Shown one piece after another: positions 29,771 through 40,131 of a stretch of 64,000 nt of DNA. Made by a program: the position numbers and the translations under genes. The stretch is from assembly GCA_963828525.1 (NCBI GenBank), contig CAWHEP010000003.1, positions 64,001-128,000 on the forward strand. The letters run 5' to 3'. Position 1 is the stretch's first letter; each line of letters starts with the position of its first letter. The notes below the pieces were generated by a model. It was given only the letters and a program-made list of their open reading frames with translations. It was not told the DNA's origin and made no database searches. The DNA comes from an uncultured Verrucomicrobiae bacterium (GTDB lineage Bacteria; Verrucomicrobiota; Verrucomicrobiia; Chthoniobacterales; Chthoniobacteraceae).

Positions 29771-31690
29771 CTATTTCGACTCCATTCTACTTGCGGGCCG
29801 CATCGACAGCGCGAATCCGAGATTCCTCCTCGCATCCAAAGAGGCGGGACGAAGCCGAAGCGCGATCCGATAATGAATTATGGCCTCCTCCAAACGGCCC
29901 AGCCTCATCAAAACATTGCCAAGATTGTTGTGCGCGTCCGCATAGTCGGGAGCAAGGGAAATGGCGGACGCATACTCAGAGCCTGCGTTTACAAAGTCGC
30001 CTTTTCCCTGCAGCGCGTTACCGAGGTTATAGTGAGCTTTCGCGTAGTCCGGACGAACGCGGAGCGCGGCTCTAAACTGGACGATTGCTTCGTCCGCCGC
30101 CCCTTCTCCTAACAGGGCGCTCCCCAAATTATTGAGCGTCTCGGGGAAGTTTGGACGGGTCGCCAGGTCTGCGCGAAATTCCCGGATTGCCTCGTCCAGC
30201 TTTCCGCTCGCCAGCATGGAATTGCCAAGCGCATAGTGAGCAGGAGCGTAGGCCGGGTCGTCCATGATGGCGGTTCGAAGCGCCTGGACGCCTGATTCGC
30301 TGTGCCCTTCATCGATCAACGCGATACCAAGATTGCAGCGAGCCTCAGCATAGTGAGGCTTGATCGCCAGAGCGCTCTCGTATTGCAAGACGGCTTCAGG
30401 GATTCGTTTTTTGTCGGCGAGAGCGTTCCCGAGATCATTGTGGGCGATGTAGTTCTCTGAAGAGCAGGTGAGCGCCCGGGTCCAAAGTGACTCCCCATCC
30501 ACCCAGAACGAATCCTGCCTTCTCGCGCATATAAGCAGAGCAACCAGCGTGATGCATGCTACTGGACGCGCGAATCTGGAGAGACCGGCGCGTAAAAAGA
30601 CCGAATGCCCCAGCCACGCGGCGGCGATATAGAGACCTATCTGCGGAAGATAGGTGTATCGATCTGCCCGCGCTTGCATGCCTACCTGCACAAGCCCGGC
30701 TACTGGCACAAGCATCCCTAAGTACCAGAGCCATCCAATCAGAAGGCAAGGCTGCGTTTCAAAAAGGAGCAGGCTGCCCGCCGTAATCGCAACGAGGACT
30801 AACGACGAGATGATTACCGTCGCCAGCACAGGACCGTCGGGAGCAAGTGGATAGAACACAGCGAGCTTTGCCGGATAGACCATCTCCAGGAGGTACGTTG
30901 AACAGGCGACAACCGCGTTCTCGACGCGCTGCGTCACGGGGAGTAATTGCAAGGGCTGAAGTCCTCCCCTTTGGGCCATCAACGTGATTGTTGAAATAGC
31001 AGCCGAAAGAGAGAAAAGAGGCAGTTTTTCGAGCACGAGGCGCCTCCAGCCCTCCTGATATCTTTCGAGCGGCCAGGCGTCGAGAAGTAGAAGTACAAAA
31101 GGCAGCGTGACAAGCGTGGGCTTGGAGAGCAGCCCAAAGGCAAAGAACAGCATAACCGGAACGTACGCGCCGATCTTCCGCTGACGCTGGATATACCGAA
31201 CATAAGCCCACAGCGTTAACATGAAGAAAAACCCACTCAGAACATCCTTGCGTTCAGAGATCCAGACGACCGATTCCACCCTCAAGGGATGAATGGCAAA
31301 GGCGGCAGCGGCGAACGCGCTGCGATAGATCGCCCCGGTCATTTGGAGAAGCGCGGCGAAAAGAACGATCGTGGAGCAAGCATGCAGAATGACGCTGCTC
31401 AGATGATGCCCCCAAGGTTTTAGCCCATAGATCTCGCAGTCGACCATATGGCTGAGCCACGTGAGTGGATGCCAGTTTCCGGTGTGCGTATCAGTAAACG
31501 CCCATACTACGCCGGCAACGCCAAGGCCCCGGGCAACTTCTGAATTTTGGTAAACATAGACATTATCGTCGTAGTTTACGAAGCCGCAGCGCAAGGCAGG
31601 CGCGAACGCGGCGAAGACCAGCGCTACTAAGAACGCGCAGATGAGATATGAGCGCCGCGCGCCTGGAGCGGTTTCAAGGCCAGCGTTCAT
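29771..31690 (-). CDS. TMTC-like GT-C glycosyltransferase with C-terminal TPRs
   Basis: NYDDNVYV, NWHPLTW, HPLRVESVVWISERKD, SKP and ADRYTYLP, followed by about 6 TPRs (AHYNLGNAL type). Confidence 0.85.
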   Translation of the reverse strand: MNAGLETAPGARRSYLICAFLVALVFAAFAPALRCGFVNYDDNVYVYQNSEVARGLGVAGVVWAFTDTHTGNWHPLTWLSHMVDCEIYGLKPWGHHLSSVILHACSTIVLFAALLQMTGAIYRSAFAAAAFAIHPLRVESVVWISERKDVLSGFFFMLTLWAYVRYIQRQRKIGAYVPVMLFFAFGLLSKPTLVTLPFVLLLLDAWPLERYQEGWRRLVLEKLPLFSLSAAISTITLMAQRGGLQPLQLLPVTQRVENAVVACSTYLLEMVYPAKLAVFYPLAPDGPVLATVIISSLVLVAITAGSLLLFETQPCLLIGWLWYLGMLVPVAGLVQVGMQARADRYTYLPQIGLYIAAAWLGHSVFLRAGLSRFARPVACITLVALLICARRQDSFWVDGESLWTRALTCSSENYIAHNDLGNALADKKRIPEAVLQYESALAIKPHYAEARCNLGIALIDEGHSESGVQALRTAIMDDPAYAPAHYALGNSMLASGKLDEAIREFRADLATRPNFPETLNNLGSALLGEGAADEAIVQFRAALRVRPDYAKAHYNLGNALQGKGDFVNAGSEYASAISLAPDYADAHNNLGNVLMRLGRLEEAIIHYRIALRLRPASLDARRNLGFALSMRPASRMESK

Positions 31691-31766
31691 CGCTATCGCG
31701 TGACAGCCATACTTCTAACCGACCAGATCCCTCCTGCAAGGCGGTTGATATGATTCAACAGCCGCT

Positions 31767-31797
31767 CCCCTCGTCGTGAGATCACCACGACGAGGGG
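31767..31797 (-). terminator. Stem-loop after nrdJ
   Basis: Perfect 12-bp stem CCCCTCGTCGTG/CACGACGAGGGG about 15 nt after the stop codon. No strong U-tract. Confidence 0.5.
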
Positions 31798-31812
31798 TCA
31801 TAGTGTCACCTT

Positions 31813-34800
31813 TTAGCTGCAACCCTGGCTGGTGCCACACTCAACGCAGACACCGCAGGTACCAGAACGAATCACCTTCGAACTCCCGCAGTTGGAACAA
31901 CTGATATCCATGAACATGGAACCCAGCGCTTCCTTCACCCGCTCGGCGTGGGTGCGTCCATTCCCGTGTCCATTCCCCATTCGCGGCTCACCTTCCGAAG
32001 GCGAGCGCGCGGTGATTACGTCGATGATCTCCTTCTCACCCGTGCGCGGCAGATCTGCAACGGGGCGGTTCACAACCTTTTTTTCCATTTCCGCAATCTC
32101 ACGCATCGGCAGTTCCGTCTGGTTGCGTTGAGGACTGGTCGCTTCCTTGTAACCCGTGATGAACTGGCACCCGAGCCAGCGGAACACGTAGTCCGTAATG
32201 CTGGTGGCGTTTCGGATATCTGGATTTTTAGTGAAACCGCTGGGCTCAAACCGCTGATAAGCAAACTTCTTCACGAGGCTTTCGAGAGGCACGCCGTATT
32301 GCAGAGCAATGGATGTGAGGGTCGCCACCGTGTCCATTAACCCGCCCATCGGTACTGCCTTCCTTCGCCATCTGGATGAAGAGCTCGCCAGGCTCTCCTC
32401 CTTCGTAGAGACCGACTGTCACGTAACCTTCATGCCCCGCGATGTCGAATTTGTGAGTCAGTGAAACTCTGGTATTGGGCATCCGGTGGCGTGTGGGCTG
32501 CCCGACCTTCGCCTTCAACAGGCTGAGTTCCTTGTCCAATTCACCGACTCGGCTTTCCAGATCCTCCCTGGAAGAGACAGTTGCCTCCAGCGCGGCGCCT
32601 GGAGACTTCATGTCCTTGGTCTTCTCCACGTTCAAGGGGGCGGAACGCTTCGAACCGTCCCTGTAGATTGCGATGGCCTTCAGCCCCATTCTCCAGCCTT
32701 CGATGTACGTTTGCATGATCTCATCCACGGTCGCCGTATTCGGAAGATTTACCGTTTTCGAAATGGCGCCACTTAGAAAGGGCTGAGCGGCGGCCATCAT
32801 TCTCAGATGCCCTGTGTAATGGAGCGAACGTGTCCCGTTTTTGGGCTTGAAAGCGCAGTCGAAGATGGGGATGTGCTCGGCTCTCAGACCGCTTCGGATC
32901 ACCTTGCTCGTTTCAGGAACTTCCACATCTTCGATCGTATCGTGTTCATTTATGTGCGCGAGTATTCCCCGAATCTCCTCGTCAGAATAGTTAAGATGCT
33001 CAAGAGCAGGCTTAACCGTTTGATTCACAATCTTCAGCATGCCCCCGCCCGCGAGTAGTTTGTACTTCACGAGCGCGATATCCGGTTCGATACCGGTGGT
33101 GTCGCAATCCATCAAAAAGCCGATAGTTCCTGTGGGCGCTAGTACGGTCACCTGGGCATTTCTGTAGCCAAATTCCCTGCCAAGCGCCAGCGCGCGGTCC
33201 CAGACCTGCCGAGCCTCTTCCTTAAGACCGGCGAACCGTTGGGAAGCCTGGATATTGCCCACGGCTTGCCGATGCTGTTCGATAACCTGCAACATGGATT
33301 CCACGTTGTCCGCGGCTACGGTCTTCCGTCCACCGCTCATCTGAGCTTTATGATAGCCGGGGAAGGGACCATGCAACATTCGCCATGCGCGCGCTTTGCT
33401 CATAAGCGTGGCCGGTCATGATCGAAGTTATCGCTCCAGCCAGAGCGCGGCCTTCATCAGAGTCATATCCCAGCCCATAACTCATAATGAGCGCCCCGAG
33501 ATTGGCATAGCCCAGACCCAAGGTCCGGATAGATATGGCTGTTTTCGGCAATCTCCTTCACAGGGTAGCTGGCATTATCCACCAGGATTTCCTGCGCCGT
33601 GATGAAGATGCGAACAGCAGCCTTAAAGCGGGCGATGTCAAACTCTCCGCTCGGCTTTTTGAACCGCAGCAGATTCAACGAAGCGAGATTGCAGGCTGTA
33701 TCGTCCAAGAACAGATATTCTGAACAAGGATTGGTCGAATTTTGCCGGGCGGTTCCCTTGCAGGTATGCCACTTATCGATAGTCGTATCGAACTGCATCC
33801 CGGGATCGCCGCAAATGTGCGTGCCAGTCGCGATCTTCCGGAGCAGGGTTCGCGCGTCTTTTTTCTCGCACGGTTTGCCATCCGTCACACGCATCGTCCA
33901 CCACTCCCTCCCCTCCACGGCTGCCTGCATAAATTCGTCAGTCACTCGCACGCTCAGATTCTCGTTCTGATACATGATCGAGCCATAAGCCTCGCCGTTA
34001 TAGTTTCCCTCGTAACCTTGCTCAATAAGGGCCCATGCCTTCTTCTCCTCCCGCTGCTTCGCGTCGATGAATTCTTCGACATCAGGGTGCCAGTCTTTCA
34101 ATGTATTCATCTTCGCGGCACGACGCGTCTTGCCGCCACTCTTCACAACATTGGCAACCTGGTCGTAAACCTTCAGGAAGGAGAGCGGCCCGCTCGGGCG
34201 TCCACCGCCGCTGAGCTTCTCCCGCGTGCTGCGCAGGGTAGAGAGATCACTGCCTGTGCCGCTTCCATATTTAAAGAGCATCGCCTCGCTCGTCGCAAGG
34301 CGCATAATATCTTCCATGGTATCATCGACGGATTGGATGAAACAGGCGCTGGCCTGGGGATATTCATATTGGCTCGGCGCGCGCTCCGCTGCTCCTGTGT
34401 TCCTGTTAAAATAATAGTTCCCCTGCCCTCTCCCTTCACCCACCCCGTACTGCTGATGGAGCCCGACGTTGAACCAAACCGGGCTGTTGAAAGCGCCATA
34501 TTGATTCACGCACAGCCACGTCAACTCGTCGTAGAAACGCTCCGCGTTCGCCTCGTCCTCGAAGTAGCCGTCCTTCATTCCGCAGTCTGTTATCGTGCGG
34601 GTAACTCGATGAACTAATTGACGAACGGATCTCTCACGACCGCCTTTGTAAGGATCGTTGCCGTGCGCGATATCACCGTAAAAATACTTGGACACGGCGA
34701 TCTTCGTGGCAAGCGCCGACCACCCCTTGGGAACCTCGATGTCTTCCTGCTTGAAGATCACCGCGCCGCTGTCGTCGGTGATCTCAGCCGTTCGCTTCTC

Positions 34801-34926
34801 CCACTCCACCTGGTCCAGAGGAGCCACGTTCTCGTCGCTAAATACCCGCTCAAATTCGAGCCCGTTGTGTCTGGCGGAAAATGTTTCCGTAGAAGTTTCG
34901 CAATCAGCTACCAAGGTCGTGCTCAT
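31813..34926 (-). CDS. nrdJ: Vitamin B12-dependent (class II) ribonucleotide reductase, split by three apparent +1 frameshifts (~33528, ~33375, ~32351)
   Basis: FNSPVWFN, QASACFI, GGKTRRAAKM, TNPCSE, ACNLAS, LGLGYANLG, APTGTI, ISKTVN, YRDGSK, a TSCPD domain and a C-terminal Zn ribbon, spread colinearly over four ORFs. Confidence 0.92.
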
Positions 34927-35008
34927 TAAACTTTTTACCGTGTGAAGGTGAATAACTCTTTAATAACCGTCCAATATCATGCGAATACCCGGTGAGTTCC
35001 CGTGAGTA

Positions 35009-35055
35009 ACCACATCATATGGGGCGGTCTATGAAATAAACCACAAGTAATGGAC
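35009..35055. promoter_or_regulatory. Tandem NrdR boxes
   Basis: Two 16-bp imperfect palindromes, ACCACATCATATGGGG (35009) and ACCACAAGTAATGGAC (35040), 31 bp apart start-to-start and upstream of nrdJ. Confidence 0.65.
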
Positions 35056-35183
35056 TTCGCGCAAGAAAAAACTGCGGAAAAAGACGGGTCTTCGCGGTCC
35101 CAAGATAGCGCGCATGCGCAGAGAACAGAACGATTCCGACCCCGAGACGAACTCGAGGCGCGCATCGACTGTATGGAGTGCCC

Positions 35184-36686
35184 CTAAGCCGTGACTTCGG
35201 CACTGTCTCGCGCGCCGAAGACGAAAGGCAGCCATTGAGCGACGGAAGTGAGAGCCACGTACCAGAACCCAATCTCGAAGAGCATCAGGAAGGGGAGCGA
35301 GAAGTACTGCCGGTGTATCACCGCGGAGACCATGAAATAGGTGAAGTAAATGGCAAACGCGAACTCCGCCACGGGAAGAATTGTTGCCAGGGGCAGGTAG
35401 CGAGAGGTTCTCCATGCGCGGGTAGACTTTCCCTCGATGCCGTATTTTGGAGTTCGTTTGAACTCTGATGGCCGATTGAAGACCGCTTCCAGGACTGCCT
35501 TGGCATTGTTAAGCGACAAGCCGATCCCCAAAGCAAGAAGGAAGGGCATCAAAAGTATCTCCTTAGCCCATGTCTTGGGATAGAGCTCCCGTTGGGCACA
35601 TATATAGAAGACGCCTACCGAGAGGGAAGCGGCGAAGAACACGGGAATGTCGATGAGGATCGAGCGCCAGACCCCGTGACCAAGACCGCCGGTCACCGGG
35701 TGCAAAAGAACACAGAGAAAAGCGAGCAAGAGATAGGCAAAGTTCGAGGTCAGGTGGGCAGTAGCCTCGACTTTGATCCGGACAGGCAGGGTGCTGCGCC
35801 AGATGGCGGGCAACAACTTCTTGCAGGTCTGGACGGACCCCTTCGTCCAGCGATGTTGCTGAGATTTGAATCCGTTCATATCCACCGGAAGTTCCGCTGG
35901 GGTGACAAGATCTGACAAAAAGATAAATTTCCATCCCTTTAGCTGTGCCCGATAGCTAAGGTCGAGATCCTCTGTCAGGGTGTCATGCTGCCACCCACCC
36001 GAAGACTCTATACAAGCCCGGCGCCACAGCCCGGCAGTGCCATTGAAGTTGAAAAACCGCCCGCTGCGGCTCCGCGCCGTTTGTTCGAGCAACAGATGAC
36101 CGTCCAGGAACATCGCCTGAACACGCGTGAAAAGAGAATACGTGCGATTAAGATGTCCCCAGCGAGTCTGAAGCATACCCACTCCTGGATCAGTGAAATA
36201 GTGGACTGTTTTCTTCAGCAGGTCTGTGGTTGGAACGAAGTCCGCGTCCAAGATCAGTATAAATTCACCTTCGCAAGACTGCAGTCCCGTTTCCAAAGCG
36301 CCCGCCTTGAAACCCGCGCGGTTGGACCGGTGGATAAGTTCCACCTTGAAGCCGCGCTCCTTAAGCTCCTTCACCCGCGCTTCCGATATGTCGCGCGTCT
36401 CGTCGGTTGAATCGTCGAGGACCTGTATCTGCAGCAACTCGCGGGGGTAATCAAGAGCGCTGACTGCTTTCAGAAGGCGCTCCACCACATAAAACTCGTT
36501 GTAAATAGGCAGCTGCACTGTCACTTTCGGCAGCTCTTTGAACTCCCCGATAGCCCTGGGAGCGTTTTTGCGATACTTGAGAAAAAGGTAAACGATTGCG
36601 TAGCGATGAAGGCCGTAGAGGCATAATCCGGAAAGCACCACAAGGTAACAAACTGCCCAAATTATGTGTCCTATGGTTCCGTGCAT
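35184..36686 (-). CDS. Processive GT2 (cellulose-synthase-like / CslA-like) glycosyltransferase
   Basis: QLPIYNE, LDDS, FKAGAL, DAD, TED and QQHRW (QxxRW), with C-terminal TMs. Confidence 0.9.
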   Translation of the reverse strand: MHGTIGHIIWAVCYLVVLSGLCLYGLHRYAIVYLFLKYRKNAPRAIGEFKELPKVTVQLPIYNEFYVVERLLKAVSALDYPRELLQIQVLDDSTDETRDISEARVKELKERGFKVELIHRSNRAGFKAGALETGLQSCEGEFILILDADFVPTTDLLKKTVHYFTDPGVGMLQTRWGHLNRTYSLFTRVQAMFLDGHLLLEQTARSRSGRFFNFNGTAGLWRRACIESSGGWQHDTLTEDLDLSYRAQLKGWKFIFLSDLVTPAELPVDMNGFKSQQHRWTKGSVQTCKKLLPAIWRSTLPVRIKVEATAHLTSNFAYLLLAFLCVLLHPVTGGLGHGVWRSILIDIPVFFAASLSVGVFYICAQRELYPKTWAKEILLMPFLLALGIGLSLNNAKAVLEAVFNRPSEFKRTPKYGIEGKSTRAWRTSRYLPLATILPVAEFAFAIYFTYFMVSAVIHRQYFSLPFLMLFEIGFWYVALTSVAQWLPFVFGARDSAEVTA

Positions 36687-36875
36687 ACTGATTTTAGTGA
36701 AATCTGAAAGGGTGAGGGCCTGATTTCGGCGGAATCATGCCCGTTTGTTTTACCTCGTCAAGATGAAAACTCGTCCCGCTGGCGCTCCCGCGAGGCGTTT
36801 CCTGGCGGCGCGCTCGCGCCAGCGGGCGGAGGTTTGATGCCCGCCGGGTAAGCGCGGCAACTTACAATAGCTCGA

Positions 36876-39329
36876 ATGCAAACTTCACCGAAATCCTTCA
36901 CCAAGCGGCGATTCCAACCCCTGGATATCGCCTTCGCGATCCTGTTCGCAGGGTGGGTGCCCTCCATCTTGATGGCAGTGGTTTCATACAGCATTCTTAC
37001 AAACACTCTTGAGTCCAAAATCGTCATTGACCGCCGCACGCTGGTTCAAACGCTCTCGCGACTGATCGGCTATGACCTGGTGCGCACCGCGGAAGTGGTA
37101 GAGTATTATCAAAATCTGCCACTCGCCAAGCGCATGGTGTTGCGTCCGTACGGTGATCCTGCTGCCCAGGAATGGCTTGCGGACGCTCTTTTCTCCCACC
37201 CGAGGATGGATGGTGTTTTCCTTACCGACGCGGGAGGCAGGCTGATATCCTCCGTGCCCCTCGACCCGAAGCAGATCGGGCAGGTCTATGCGACTGATCG
37301 TATGCGGGAGGGTGCCCGTAGCGGGAGGGATGCCTTCACCTCCGCGGTCGCTCCGCGCCCAATCGACCATAGGCTCGCCACCTTTATTCTCACGCCGATC
37401 TCAGCCAAATCCGGCGAAATCCTGGGATACATTGGGGCCACTGAACTTGTGGAGAGGATCGGACGACGCCTGGCAGCGTTCGACTTCGGCGAGCGATCGG
37501 TCGCTCAAGTCATAGACCAGGATGGTTTCCCGTTGTTCGACGCCAGCCTGGAGGCGAATACCCGCCTCGGGGTTGCCGGCGATGCAAGCCTTGTGCGAAA
37601 ATTGAGATCACAGCCTGAGGGGCATTTCCAATTCGGCGAAATTCTATTCTCCTCCAGTCAAGTGGAAGGAACGCAGTGGACCGCGAGCCTCGCGCAGCCC
37701 ATGGCGGTGGCGTACCGCCCTATTCACGATCTCATCTCCAAAACTGCCATCCTTGCCGGGTGGCTCGTTGTGGGAACAAGCATTGCAGCATGGCTCGTGA
37801 GCGGCCTTTACCGAAAACAACTCGTTTCGGATGAACGCATTGCGATGGAGACTCTGCTGAACGAAAAAATCCTGGCGAACATGCCGGTGGGAATCGCGGT
37901 GATAAACCCCGCTACCAGCGAAATCGCGCAGCACAATGAGAGCTGGTTGAGAATGATGCGCGAGTTCGGAGGCCTCGATAACACGCGCGGCGGCCAACAG
38001 ATCCGCGTATCCGAGTTAAATCTGGGACTGGATGCTCTTTGTGCCGATGTCACAGGATCTGGGATCGCTTTTCATGTTCAGGAGAGAGAAGCCATGTCCC
38101 CTTCCGGTGAAGCGCGCTTTTTCACGTTGAACCTCATTCGCCTGCAGGATGCTCATCAGAAGGCGCCGGGGATCCTCTTTCTCGTGGAAGATAAGACGCC
38201 GGATGTCTCGATGCGGCGTGAACTCATAGCGGCGAACACCTCCAAAGATCAATTTTTGGCGCTGCTCTCCCATGAACTGAGAAACCCTCTTTCCCCAGTC
38301 ATTATGATGGTTGCCGAGCTTGAGCAGAGGACAGATGGGTCCCCTGAAGTTCAAAATGCGATTGACGTGATTCGCCGCAATGTTGAGCTGGAAGCCCATC
38401 TCATCGACGACCTTCTCGATGTCACCCGCATCACTCATAACAAAGTGGAACTCCAGCGCGTCATTGTTGACGCGCACGAGACGATCAAGCGAGCGCTGGA
38501 GATTTGTCAAAACGACATAAACGAAAAGAGCTTGAGCATCGTTCTTGATTTGAGGGCGAAGCGGTATTTCCTCAACGCGGATCCGCAGCGCCTTCAGCAG
38601 GTCTTTTGGAATCTCATCAAGAATGGGGTGAAATTCACATCCGAAGGCGCGATCACGATTCGAAGCCGCAACGAGGGCGAAAATTTGGTTGTCGAGGTGT
38701 CTGACACAGGGATCGGTATTGACCCGGAGGCTATCGGACGCATTTTCAAGGCGTTCGAACAGGTGGAACGCTCCATTACGCGCACATTTGGGGGACTTGG
38801 GCTGGGACTCGCCATCTCCAAGGCGATGGTCGATGCCCATGGGGGCACGCTGGCGGCTGCAAGCGAGGGTAGAGGGAAAGGGGCGACGTTCACAATCGAG
38901 CTGGCTACCGTGGACGCCCCTCCGGCAACACCTCCAGCGGAAGCTGCCCAGCAGAAGAGCACTCGCGCGCGCGGTTCTCGGCGCATCCTTGTTGTCGATG
39001 ACCATCTTGACACCTGCATGGGCATGAAGATGCTCCTGGAGCGCCGCGGATACCACGTCGAGACGGCTCACACCGTGGCGGATGGCATCAAGCAAGCGCA
39101 AGGAGGCGGTTTCGACCTTCTCATAAGCGATCTGGGGCTGCCGGACGGAACGGGCTATGACCTGATGGAGAAACTGCAATGTATCTCTCCTCTGCAGGGC
39201 CTCGCGCTGAGCGGATTCGGGACGGAGGATGACGTCGCGAAATCGAAGGCCGCGGGTTTCTCCGAGCATCTGATAAAGCCCATAAACATGGGCACTCTGG
39301 ATGCGATTCTGACTCGCCTCTTTGGGTGA
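36876..39329 (+). CDS. Hybrid sensor histidine kinase (Cache-like sensor, PAS-like domain, HisKA, HATPase, REC)
   Basis: Two TMs around a periplasmic domain, SHELRNPL, NLIKNG, DTGIG, GLGLGL and a receiver domain (VDD, SDLGLPD, KP). Confidence 0.9.
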   Translation: MQTSPKSFTKRRFQPLDIAFAILFAGWVPSILMAVVSYSILTNTLESKIVIDRRTLVQTLSRLIGYDLVRTAEVVEYYQNLPLAKRMVLRPYGDPAAQEWLADALFSHPRMDGVFLTDAGGRLISSVPLDPKQIGQVYATDRMREGARSGRDAFTSAVAPRPIDHRLATFILTPISAKSGEILGYIGATELVERIGRRLAAFDFGERSVAQVIDQDGFPLFDASLEANTRLGVAGDASLVRKLRSQPEGHFQFGEILFSSSQVEGTQWTASLAQPMAVAYRPIHDLISKTAILAGWLVVGTSIAAWLVSGLYRKQLVSDERIAMETLLNEKILANMPVGIAVINPATSEIAQHNESWLRMMREFGGLDNTRGGQQIRVSELNLGLDALCADVTGSGIAFHVQEREAMSPSGEARFFTLNLIRLQDAHQKAPGILFLVEDKTPDVSMRRELIAANTSKDQFLALLSHELRNPLSPVIMMVAELEQRTDGSPEVQNAIDVIRRNVELEAHLIDDLLDVTRITHNKVELQRVIVDAHETIKRALEICQNDINEKSLSIVLDLRAKRYFLNADPQRLQQVFWNLIKNGVKFTSEGAITIRSRNEGENLVVEVSDTGIGIDPEAIGRIFKAFEQVERSITRTFGGLGLGLAISKAMVDAHGGTLAAASEGRGKGATFTIELATVDAPPATPPAEAAQQKSTRARGSRRILVVDDHLDTCMGMKMLLERRGYHVETAHTVADGIKQAQGGGFDLLISDLGLPDGTGYDLMEKLQCISPLQGLALSGFGTEDDVAKSKAAGFSEHLIKPINMGTLDAILTRLFG

Positions 39330-39345
39330 GGCAGATCCGGCGCGG

Positions 39346-40131
39346 ATGAAATCCTATTTCAAACAGTGCTTCTTCGCGGTTCCGGGCGAAAACAGTCTGA
39401 AGCGCTCGTTGAGTTTCGGAATGGCTCTCATCTTTTTCGTGGCCCTCGCCGGCTCTTCGATCCACGCCCTGACAGATAGAACAGGCTGGCGCGCGGTGAT
39501 GCGGTATCGCCTGCTGTTTTTCGACGGCTGGCTAGTGACCGTCGAGATATCCTTCTGCGCCCTCGCGCTAAGCTGCATGCTGGGCATAACCCTCGCTACC
39601 CTGCGACGGGCCTCTTTCCTTCCGTTACACTACCTGGCGCTTATCTATGTTGAACTTGTGAGGGGCACGCCGCTGCTCGTGCAGATTCTCTGTCTCTACT
39701 ACGGCACATTCCACCAGCTGGGCATCGATAACCGGTATGTTGGCGGGATTCTTGTCCTTTCCGGATTTAGCGGCGCGTATATCAGCGAAATCATACGCGC
39801 GGGACTCGACAGCGTTGGCCACTCACAACTGGAGTCGGCGCGCGCAATCGGCCTCTCTCGCGTCCAAACGTATCGGTATGTCATCGTCCCTCAGGCAATC
39901 AGACAGATGCTTCCAGCGCTCGCGGGTCAGTTTGCCGATCTCATAAAAAACTCATCACTGCTTTCCATCATTGCCCTGAACGAACTCACACAGAACGCGC
40001 AGATTGTTGGGGAAAATACTTACAGTAAACTCGAGAGCTATATTCCTCTGGCGGCAGGATACCTCATCCTCACAGTGCCAATCTCCCTGTGGACGCAATT
40101 CCTCGAAAAGAAACACGGTTTTGAAACTTAG
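39346..40131 (+). CDS. Polar amino acid ABC transporter permease
   Basis: RGTPLLVQ, AYISEIIRAG, the EAA loop (QLESARAIGLS) and KNSSL. Confidence 0.9.
   Translation: MKSYFKQCFFAVPGENSLKRSLSFGMALIFFVALAGSSIHALTDRTGWRAVMRYRLLFFDGWLVTVEISFCALALSCMLGITLATLRRASFLPLHYLALIYVELVRGTPLLVQILCLYYGTFHQLGIDNRYVGGILVLSGFSGAYISEIIRAGLDSVGHSQLESARAIGLSRVQTYRYVIVPQAIRQMLPALAGQFADLIKNSSLLSIIALNELTQNAQIVGENTYSKLESYIPLAAGYLILTVPISLWTQFLEKKHGFET

Noticed and set aside
31813..34926. Programmed frameshifting, an intein or a naturally split nrdJ
   Set aside because: There are no slippery heptamers at the junctions and no inserted domain. The same indel pattern appears in unrelated genes.
34927..35183. Cobalamin riboswitch upstream of the B12-dependent RNR
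   Set aside because: No recognisable B12-box. The region is explained by tandem NrdR-like boxes.
38016..39269. Long antisense ORFs (e.g. 38016-39269, 8839-9882, 45851-46747, 55479-56363)
   Set aside because: They are shadows of well-supported genes on the opposite strand in GC-rich DNA and have no motifs of their own.
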